In this document: positions 49,601 through 56,170 of the stretch, piece by piece
Layout of the letters: the number at the start of each line of letters is the position of its first letter
Numbering within the stretch: the stretch's first letter is position 1
Virus record (IMG/VR): IMGVR_UViG_3300025133_009393
From: a virus
Reading direction: 5' to 3' (one strand)
DNA length: 64,000 nucleotides
Translations under genes and position numbers: made by a program
Notes under the pieces: model-generated
What the model saw: the letters and a program-made list of their open reading frames with translations, nothing else
Told to the model about the DNA's origin: nothing
Databases searched by the model: none

Positions 49601-49827
49601 ATGATATAAGTTGGCGCAATGTCTGCCAAATTACGAAAGAAATCAGAGCACATTTGCACGAATTCAGGACTAATTTGAGTCTTGGTGTGTGCAATGTCTC
49701 CACAATGAATTATATAATCCGGCTTTTGCTTAGCCAGCTTCTTGTAAAGCCGATCGAAAACCACTCGGTACTCTTTATGGTATTTGAGATTCCGAATGTG
49801 TGTATCGGCTAGATGTGCAAATCGCAT
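46675..49827 (-). CDS. Fused Mre11/SbcD nuclease - Rad50/SbcC ATPase (T4 gp47-gp46 fusion)
   Basis: ADTH, GD, GNHD, YHG, GDIH phosphoesterase motifs, then GKNFSGKS, Q-loop, coiled coil, GSGAE, FILDEP, ISH. Confidence 0.92.
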   Translation of the reverse strand: MRFAHLADTHIRNLKYHKEYRVVFDRLYKKLAKQKPDYIIHCGDIAHTKTQISPEFVQMCSDFFRNLADIAPTYIILGNHDGNLRNSSRQDALTPIVNALGHPNLYLLRDSGEVALRGNFSLNVLSVFDMGNWQPPSDNSRINIALYHGSISNCQTDAGWTMERGENDLSIFNDFDYGFLGDIHKTNQALDKEGKIRYPGSTIQQNHGETNNKGYLIWDIESKDKFTVKHHSIKNPKPFITITLTPSGRIPRNTEIQKGARLRLVSQNNLPLGVVRKAVEASKSRFKPEAITYLSRAAGERGSVEELTSGLVQEDLRDTAIQEELIDEYLKDFQAQDETLQKVYGLNRKYKAIVEEQEEVSRNISWRIKHLEWDNLFNYSENNSIDFFNMNGTVGILGKNFSGKSSIIDSMLYTLYNTTSKHNRKNLNIINQNKEDCRGYVEVDIGTRTYMIERTSKKYQKKLKGKVTTEAKTDVDFRVLDNATGEEQELNGLSRIDTDKNIRKIFGTIDDFLLTSMASQLGSLTYISEGSTRRKEILAKFLDLEIFENKFRKAKEDASDMRGLLRRSEAREFESEIKKARTEFARNDTLKLTKERECENIQNEVKQMLDEYSDIDAKIRSLPTEIINISEIERALDAQQGLLNKYKEQNKKSNEELQESKTMFNKLAKFLEAFDVASLEEKQKLIEENYERLDEIEKEILRFEGQLERQKKKIQLLNEVPCGSEFSHCRFIKDAYTAKKGLVGTIVAVEKLSASKKEKQNIVTDLKPDKINDYITKYEQVVEKRTSTQNEISALELSIEKNKTRMLKSNNIVNEMSIKRQQYEDNKEAIENLESLLERKKVLKDKIEDQKMKHGQCQKKVLDLYKANGSLEQQLEKVEQEQEEYKDMQEQYSAYDLFMRCMHANGIAYDIIKKRLPLINSEVSKILTNIVEFEIMFVNEDTKLDILIKHPEYDARPIEMGSGAEKTIAAMAIRLALLNISTLPKGDIFILDEPGTALDEENMEGFIRILDMIKTQFKTVLLISHLDSLKDIVDTQIIIEKKDRFANVNH

Positions 49828-49849
49828 CTAGATCCTATTGTGTGTTACT

Positions 49850-49877
49850 ATTATAACTTCCGCAGTTTAAAAGTCAA
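49850..49877 (-). promoter_or_regulatory. Sigma70-like promoter of the Mre11-Rad50 fusion gene
   Basis: TTGACT-16 nt-TATAAT. Confidence 0.75.
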
Positions 49878-49879
49878 GT

Positions 49880-50395
49880 TTAAAATCTTCTTTGACGTGT
49901 TTTTTTGGTTTTCGGCCCATCTTCTTCTTTATGATAGACTCTAGTTTTCATCAACCGATCAACCCAATCAGTTGTAACTCCCCAATTAGCATCTTGATTT
50001 TTTCCCATATGGTGATCATAGTGCCACCTTAAAAAGATCTTTCCCCATATAGGCTGTAAGTGTGCATATTTATGAATCTTATAATACCTCACGGCTGTGA
50101 ATATTAAAGTTATAAAAAACAAAGGCGCATAATATGCCAAAGGGCTGTGTATGGCTACTAATAAAAATAAACCAATCTTCTCTCTCAAAGGCGGACCCTG
50201 TATCCCATCTAGATAGTCCTCATCATAGTTGCCATATTTTCTACAATTTTTGTGATGTGCATGCCAATGAAAGGACCAAAAGCTTCTTCTTTTCTTTCCC
50301 AAGCCATGTAAAATATATTTATGAATAACCCATTCTGCTACCTGCGAATATATGATAGCAAGAGGTATAGATAATATATGAAAGAGATAGCTCAT
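49880..50395 (-). CDS. Fatty-acid hydroxylase / sterol desaturase superfamily membrane di-iron enzyme
   Basis: EWVIHKYILH, HWHAHH, HKYAH, HYDHH, NWGVT histidine boxes; TM segments. Confidence 0.88.
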   Translation of the reverse strand: MSYLFHILSIPLAIIYSQVAEWVIHKYILHGLGKKRRSFWSFHWHAHHKNCRKYGNYDEDYLDGIQGPPLREKIGLFLLVAIHSPLAYYAPLFFITLIFTAVRYYKIHKYAHLQPIWGKIFLRWHYDHHMGKNQDANWGVTTDWVDRLMKTRVYHKEEDGPKTKKTRQRRF

Positions 50396-51009
50396 CTTGG
50401 CTCTTGAGGTTTTAGCTCTTGAGGTATAATTAAATCTTTTTCTTGGCCCTGGAGTGAATAGCCAACAGACATGCTACCCCAGCGCGCTCCGGAGACGTCT
50501 CTAACAAATTCAGCCAATTCCATAATTTTATCAAAGATTTGAGGCTTAGATATCAGTATGCTTTTTGGAGCATGCTCTAATATATATTCAGCCATGTTCA
50601 TAGTAGATTTCCACAAATCTTCTGCAATCCGATACTCAACTTCTCTCAACCCTATCTGTGAATTATTCTTCATGAAGGTGCGCAGTACATAAATCAGATT
50701 CAACAGCTCTTTATCTAGTTGAAAAGCTTTTGAAGAATTGTGCAGGAGACTCAACTTTTCGAAAATAATATTTAAAGCTTTGCTGATGTAACTCCAGTTG
50801 GGAAAATCATCACCCTCTGTAGAAGATTTTGAAGAAGCTACTCCTTTGCCGAATCGAAGACTCTGCGGAGGATCCATATAGGCGCCTCGCTCTGCTGCAT
50901 GCGTAGCGTAATCTGCTTCTTTAAAAACATCAGTATTAAGCTCAATGCCAGTGAGGCCGGCAAGTTCTTCTAGAATGATCTTTTTTAATTGTGCTTTGGT
51001 AATCTTCAT
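50392..51009 (-). CDS. Hypothetical protein with MKITKAQLKKIILEEL leader
   Basis: Shared leader begins at ATG 51009; the track start TTG 51048 is an alternative. Confidence 0.65.
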   Translation of the reverse strand: MKITKAQLKKIILEELAGLTGIELNTDVFKEADYATHAAERGAYMDPPQSLRFGKGVASSKSSTEGDDFPNWSYISKALNIIFEKLSLLHNSSKAFQLDKELLNLIYVLRTFMKNNSQIGLREVEYRIAEDLWKSTMNMAEYILEHAPKSILISKPQIFDKIMELAEFVRDVSGARWGSMSVGYSLQGQEKDLIIPQELKPQEPR

Positions 51010-51023
51010 ATGTAGACGTAATG

Positions 51024-51046
51024 AAAAACGCCGATCTTGTCGGCGC
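51024..51046 (-). terminator. Terminator-like hairpin between the primase and the leader-bearing gene
   Basis: GCGCCGA-CAAGA-TCGGCGT followed by TTTT. Confidence 0.6.
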
Positions 51047-51085
51047 AAAAAGTCATCACCCCCTTTATTTTTTTCATTTAAGAGA

Positions 51086-52024
51086 TTAGATTTTCATAAT
51101 CTCTTTCAATAAATAGTTGTCTTTGTTCATAAGTTCTGCTTTCTTTTTTCTTTTTGTATACTCTTCTTTGGACATTTCTCCAACGTCTGTATATGGAGAG
51201 ATATTCACTTTATATACTTCTATGCCATAGTCCAACAAGCTATTGATTAAACGCATCGCTTTCTTTTCGGCGTCAGAATCTAAAGCTATGTAGACTGGAG
51301 TATCATTTTGAACAATCTCCATGAACAATTTGGAATCTTCGCGAAGCGTTGATCCCAGCAAAGGAGCCGCATTTGGGCCGGCGGCGACTGCGTCGAAGGC
51401 GCCTTCAACAATAGACAGCTCCTCGTCAAAGTTTAAAAATAGATGATTGAAGATAATATCTCTACTTATAGGAGGGTTGAAATATTTCCTCCAATCATCT
51501 GTGTATGTCCTGGCGGTAAAATAATTACAGTACCCAGACATATTAAAAGAAGGTATTATGATCCTTCCGGCATATTGTCCGGAGCTGCAATAGCCGATCT
51601 TCCAGCGTACTATATCTTCTTTAGTAATCCCTCTTTGCTTGAGATAGTTTCTTGCATATAGAGAATTGTACGGCAAGTCTTTATTGACTAGTGAAATAAA
51701 TTCTTCTGGTAAATCAATTTTTTGCTCTATCGGCTCTTCCTTTCGAAAGAGCATCTTCTCCTCAAAAGACGTTATTTCAACTTGTTCAGTTAACTTATCC
51801 CATTCAGATCTGTGCTTGAAATTTCCAAAACGACGGACGAGTCGGCGCAACGTTCTTCCAGTATAATCGCATATCCAACATTTATAAACATCTTTTGCAA
51901 TATTTACTGATAACTTCTTCTTATGGTGATCACACTTAGGGCAAAAAAACAGGTGCTCATCATTAACTCTATAGCATGAACCCAACAGTTCTCTTAAGAT
52001 TGAGAGCTTTTTCCCTTCAGACAT
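51086..52024 (-). CDS. DNA primase (zinc finger + TOPRIM)
   Basis: CPKC..YKCWIC, YLKQRGI, RIIIPS, IVEGAFDA, ALDSDA. Confidence 0.9.
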   Translation of the reverse strand: MSEGKKLSILRELLGSCYRVNDEHLFFCPKCDHHKKKLSVNIAKDVYKCWICDYTGRTLRRLVRRFGNFKHRSEWDKLTEQVEITSFEEKMLFRKEEPIEQKIDLPEEFISLVNKDLPYNSLYARNYLKQRGITKEDIVRWKIGYCSSGQYAGRIIIPSFNMSGYCNYFTARTYTDDWRKYFNPPISRDIIFNHLFLNFDEELSIVEGAFDAVAAGPNAAPLLGSTLREDSKLFMEIVQNDTPVYIALDSDAEKKAMRLINSLLDYGIEVYKVNISPYTDVGEMSKEEYTKRKKKAELMNKDNYLLKEIMKI

Positions 52025-52533
52025 TCATACCCTGCTCTTGCAACTACCCAACTATCAGCCATATCATAGCATCCAGGTTTTGGATTTCCTTGCTTAGTAT
52101 AACTTATAAGAACATCAGGTACATTGTCAATCACATATTTTATAACTACTTGTTTTGCTTTAGAACCTTTCGGTATTGTAATGCCACACTTTTTTCTTGC
52201 AGAAGTAGCTGCGATATATTCCGGTTCTAATTTAAATATTTCATAACATAACCACGAAATTATTCCATTAAAGCGGGAAAGAGTAGACAAAGTTTTTGCC
52301 GATGAAAAACCACTTCGAAAGCTTTGCAAGGATTGTTCAATATAAATTGAAGAAATAGAATAATGATCATCGATTTCCCATAACAAGTTTTTAATTTCCT
52401 GCCCCTTGTGAAAAAGGCTGGGGAAGTGATTTTTATTTCGTGTGTCCCAAGCTTCGCAAAAAAGAATCTTGCCCTCTTTGTCAAGAACTGTTGCGCCAGT
52501 TATACTTGTACTGATATCTAAGCCTAAAATCAT
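51994..52533 (-). CDS. ruvC: RuvC-like Holliday junction resolvase
   Basis: Start moved to MILGLDISTSITG; IYIEQ, YDMADS. Confidence 0.82.
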   Translation of the reverse strand: MILGLDISTSITGATVLDKEGKILFCEAWDTRNKNHFPSLFHKGQEIKNLLWEIDDHYSISSIYIEQSLQSFRSGFSSAKTLSTLSRFNGIISWLCYEIFKLEPEYIAATSARKKCGITIPKGSKAKQVVIKYVIDNVPDVLISYTKQGNPKPGCYDMADSWVVARAGYECLKGKSSQS

Positions 52534-52631
52534 TTGGACATCATATAAATTCCCAACACCAACAAAACTGGAATTCCTATAGTTATACCCGCATGTACTG
52601 CCCAAAGCTGCAGCTGTTCCTTACTCTTCAT
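52530..52631 (-). CDS. Small single-TM peptide (33 aa)
   Basis: MKSKEQLQLWAVHAGITIGIPVLLVLGIYMMSK*, GGAGG SD, ATGA overlap with the resolvase start. Confidence 0.55.
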   Translation of the reverse strand: MKSKEQLQLWAVHAGITIGIPVLLVLGIYMMSK

Positions 52632-52657
52632 ATCATCAAACCTCCACCAAAACTATA

Positions 52658-53863
52658 TCATATATCGAGCTTGAGTTTAAATGTATATTCGTCGTCTTCT
52701 CTTTTTCGGATAGGGGTTGCCAGCTTTGCAATTGCAATTAAGTTTCTGTTTTTATCATATATCCCAACCTTTGAAATATACGTCTGCTTCAAGAAACTGG
52801 CAGAATGTTTTGAATAATTACTCTTAACCGTATTTTTAATAGTCAATTCTGGATTTTCAATATAAGTGTCAGTAGGAATCGGACCCCATGTAAAAGCCGA
52901 AGCTTGGGAGCCGGTTGTAGTAAGTTGTATATCTTGGTTGTGATCTAAAAATGTTGGATTGTTCGAATGATTCAGTTCGCCCTTTTTCGCATGAGCTAAC
53001 ATTGTAAGGGTTGGCGTATATGTCGTACCTTCAAACATCATATCGTAACTTGCTGAAACTAGAGGATTTGTCGTATCAGTGGATCCAGTTGAGAAATAAT
53101 TTAACCAGCTAGCTGCAAAAGTTCCGGAAGGAGCGACGTCGCCCTCATAATAAGCCCGATGTCCGCTGGCAAGATCATCACTTCCTGTTAATATTATGAA
53201 ACCCTCATTATAAAGTACTATTCCGGCGCACTTTCCGATATGTGAAGAATTGTATGTTTCCAGCAGTTCTCCATTTCTTCTCTCATCTTCTAGTCGACCA
53301 ACTAAAGTACCAGTAATATAATAATTTAATTGAAGACTTCCCTTGCGTATTGAAGAACCATAGAAAATAGAAGGTATGCTTATTAAAGATAGTTGCACAC
53401 TATCAAAATCACGACTAGGATATACAGATGAGGAAAAAGCAAAATGAGGACTTTGGCATCTATAAAAATCAATAGTTGATTTAAGAGCATCTACTCTTCT
53501 GCGCGGACTACCTGTTGGCTCATATTTCCTGCTCATAGAAGCAGTTAGCGGATAAGAGCCAGACAAGCTATCTCCATAATTAAAATCTGTATTTACGCTA
53601 GTGGCAGAAATTGTTTTAAAACTGGTTAAGCTGCCTTCTTTTGTAATAAATGGAAAAACTAACCCGTGATCTGCCTCGGTTCTATTTACATTTATTTCGT
53701 AAAGATTTATATGACCATCGGGCGTATTTGAATTTTGTTTGCTCTGTTGAATATCGTTATAATATGCGTTATGAAGAGCGCTAAAAACAGTAAATTTTAC
53801 TTTAGGATATGCTTTTACTTGGTTGTAGAAAATATCATTTTTTCCAAATTTATAATACGACAT
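52658..53863 (-). CDS. Virion baseplate/fibre-anchor-like protein (paralog of 53879-55078)
   Basis: C-terminal YISKVGIYD..LIAIAKLATPIRK..FKLKLD; S/T-G-S rich. Confidence 0.6.
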   Translation of the reverse strand: MSYYKFGKNDIFYNQVKAYPKVKFTVFSALHNAYYNDIQQSKQNSNTPDGHINLYEINVNRTEADHGLVFPFITKEGSLTSFKTISATSVNTDFNYGDSLSGSYPLTASMSRKYEPTGSPRRRVDALKSTIDFYRCQSPHFAFSSSVYPSRDFDSVQLSLISIPSIFYGSSIRKGSLQLNYYITGTLVGRLEDERRNGELLETYNSSHIGKCAGIVLYNEGFIILTGSDDLASGHRAYYEGDVAPSGTFAASWLNYFSTGSTDTTNPLVSASYDMMFEGTTYTPTLTMLAHAKKGELNHSNNPTFLDHNQDIQLTTTGSQASAFTWGPIPTDTYIENPELTIKNTVKSNYSKHSASFLKQTYISKVGIYDKNRNLIAIAKLATPIRKREDDEYTFKLKLDI

Positions 53864-53878
53864 GACATTATCTTTTTC

Positions 53879-55078
53879 CTAGTAATCCAATCGGACACGT
53901 AAAGTAAATTCTGTTGTAGGATCTTTCTTAAGCGGCTCTGAAAGTTTTGCAACTGCCAGCAGCTCATTGTCTGCGGAATAGAGCCCTACAGTGGTAATAT
54001 AAGACACCGGTGTGTCAGTAGATACATTTTTAACTCTCAGTTTGCTACCTGAAATGTAAGTAGGATTTGAGCTATAGTTGTACTCGTTATGGTGCGCTCG
54101 GCAATAATAGATCGTCGAGTTTAATTCGGTAGTATTGTTGAATTGAACATTTGCAATCCTTCTTCTTAAAGAATTGGAAATGCCATTAATAGTTGAACCA
54201 GTTATATAATGATATACAGATGTATTTTGATGTTCTGTGCCATCTTCAGTAATGCCAAATTGATAATCGTCACCGTCACTCCATAAAGCAGGGGCGCCGC
54301 CGGCCTCAGCCATGGAGCCGGCTGCGGAACCAAAGACAGAGGCTGTAATAACAGCAATCCCGGCTTGATAATAGACATGGCCCAATGCAGTGGCTGGGTT
54401 GGCGCCAGAGCCAGTTAAGAGCAAGCCATATTCGCCTGCAGGAGAATTGACAAAATAACTATTCTGCGCGCCGTGATCAGTAAGATCTAACAATCCGCCG
54501 TCAGAAGCAGCATGGCCGTTCGCGAAGTCGCCGTCGGCCTCGTAGTTAAGGAGGGTGCGCGAGCCGCCGGCCTCGTCTCGTTTGCCAACGCCTATCTCTT
54601 CATTCAAGCCACCGGTCATAAATGATATTGTAAAGCTTCCTTTTTTAATTTCGTCTTTGTTAAGGAGTCTAGAAAATGACACAAAGAAACATTGATGGAA
54701 TTTTCGGTTGGTTGCGTCTTCCGAATCTGGAGCAGCATTGCCATCTTGATCGAACGTTCTTATTCCGCCGGTTACGTCGTGGCCAACCAATACTTGAGCC
54801 ATCTGATTGTAAATATTTAATTTTTTAGAATTTTGCTTGTAAGTCTCATCTTCCACTGCCGATGAGTGTCCAAAAGAAATATCAAACAAATGATTAGCAG
54901 AAGAGCTTAAATACGGATAATCATAGACACTCTGGAACATTCCATGTGAATATGTCTTGATATTCCTATCTTCATAAGTTCCCGATACTAGTGCTCCAGT
55001 AATCGGTATTGCTTCGTGAAGAAGCGTTCTAGTTGATGTAACGTCATTGTTGGTTAAAGATTTAAATGATGATGCCAT
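53879..55078 (-). CDS. Virion baseplate/fibre-anchor-like protein
   Basis: C-terminal YITTVGLYS..LLAVAKLSEPLKK..LRVRLD; NYSSNPT shared with the paralog. Confidence 0.6.
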   Translation of the reverse strand: MASSFKSLTNNDVTSTRTLLHEAIPITGALVSGTYEDRNIKTYSHGMFQSVYDYPYLSSSANHLFDISFGHSSAVEDETYKQNSKKLNIYNQMAQVLVGHDVTGGIRTFDQDGNAAPDSEDATNRKFHQCFFVSFSRLLNKDEIKKGSFTISFMTGGLNEEIGVGKRDEAGGSRTLLNYEADGDFANGHAASDGGLLDLTDHGAQNSYFVNSPAGEYGLLLTGSGANPATALGHVYYQAGIAVITASVFGSAAGSMAEAGGAPALWSDGDDYQFGITEDGTEHQNTSVYHYITGSTINGISNSLRRRIANVQFNNTTELNSTIYYCRAHHNEYNYSSNPTYISGSKLRVKNVSTDTPVSYITTVGLYSADNELLAVAKLSEPLKKDPTTEFTLRVRLDY

Positions 55079-55095
55079 TTGTTAATTCCTATTTT

Positions 55096-56076
55096 TTAAG
55101 ATGATGGTTTCTTGATGTATCTGATTGGGATATCTATTTTATAGCCGGTTGTTACACCAGTTAAACGTAAATTGGTGTCAATATATTGCAAGGTGGTCCC
55201 CATTCCCATGCTATCGGCAGTGTCGACAGAACCAAACTTGTTAAATAAGTGAGTCGACGTTTGTAATTCTAACTTAGCACGCACTCCGCACTGAAAATAA
55301 CTGCCCCTAGGACCTCTAATGACTTGATCGGGGCCGCCAGGCTGCGAAGTGTCGCGCTGACCAACGACGCCGATAGACTCATTGTTTTTTACAAAATCTG
55401 CTGATGCATCAGAAAGATAATAACTAGCAACGTTGTCATCGTCCAAGAACGAATAGGTCTGTGTATTGCCAACATTCTCACCTTCTCCGCCAGTACACAA
55501 ACGGCCCAGCCTATCGTCCATTTCGACCATATACTGAGTTTCATATAAATCTTGATCAATTTGAAAGCCGGGGGAGATCTCAGGAGTATCTAATCCCTGA
55601 TCAACGCGTATATATCCGCCTTGATAGGTTTGTGTATCAGCAGTGCCATTTAAGACTCCGTTCGGAAGATCTTGGCCAGTATTGGTCGCGGTGGCGGCTA
55701 CTAAAGTAGTAGTATCTACTGCAACCAAAAACATATCACTAATTGTGCCGAAATCGGCGCGCTTGTTGCTGGTCTTATTTAATTTTAGAATAGGCAAATA
55801 CAATAAATTTGTTCTTGAAATTGTTATCAGTCTAGATTTCATCAAAGACGTATTGTTTGTAAATGCCTCCAGAACAGGAGTTTGTAAAATTTCTAAGTCA
55901 AAGTAAGCGGATCCGGATAGATGATTCTTATTATAGTTGGTATAATTAATCTCATCATCACCTAGGGCGAATTTTGTGATTTTAAAGCTGCCATCGCCGC
56001 GTGCCAACCTAAAGCGTCCTGTATCTGTCAATACAGCGTCTAAGATAATATCTCCAGAATTGTCTAGAAAAGCCAT
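55096..56076 (-). CDS. Virion protein with a tail-collar-fibre-like N-terminus
   Basis: ILDAVLTDTGRFRLARG..FKITKFALGDDEINY; AGGAG SD and ACTATTTA motif upstream. Confidence 0.6.
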   Translation of the reverse strand: MAFLDNSGDIILDAVLTDTGRFRLARGDGSFKITKFALGDDEINYTNYNKNHLSGSAYFDLEILQTPVLEAFTNNTSLMKSRLITISRTNLLYLPILKLNKTSNKRADFGTISDMFLVAVDTTTLVAATATNTGQDLPNGVLNGTADTQTYQGGYIRVDQGLDTPEISPGFQIDQDLYETQYMVEMDDRLGRLCTGGEGENVGNTQTYSFLDDDNVASYYLSDASADFVKNNESIGVVGQRDTSQPGGPDQVIRGPRGSYFQCGVRAKLELQTSTHLFNKFGSVDTADSMGMGTTLQYIDTNLRLTGVTTGYKIDIPIRYIKKPSS

Positions 56077-56170
56077 TTATTTTCTCCTATTTTCTTTATA
56101 AATAGTATTATGGATTATAATCTACTTCTAAAAGTATTTAAAGTAATTACTATTTTATGTATTTTTTTAT

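Larger units (their letters stand above)
3707..56106 (-). promoter_or_regulatory. Dispersed putative phage late-promoter motif (A)CTA[T/A/G]TTA
   Basis: Copies shortly upstream of starts at 3707, 5618, 8244, 10994, 18865, 20650, 23723, 26426, 29405, 34183, 37395, 46667, 51110, 56099. Confidence 0.7.

Noticed and set aside
6106-52605. Long N-terminal extensions in track ORFs (6955, 24705, 28345, 39887, 45675, 46457, 52605) and overlapping ORFs 6106-6315 and 38032-38340
   Set aside because: Downstream starts have SDs or stop-start coupling and match family N-termini; most of the extensions overlap neighbouring genes.
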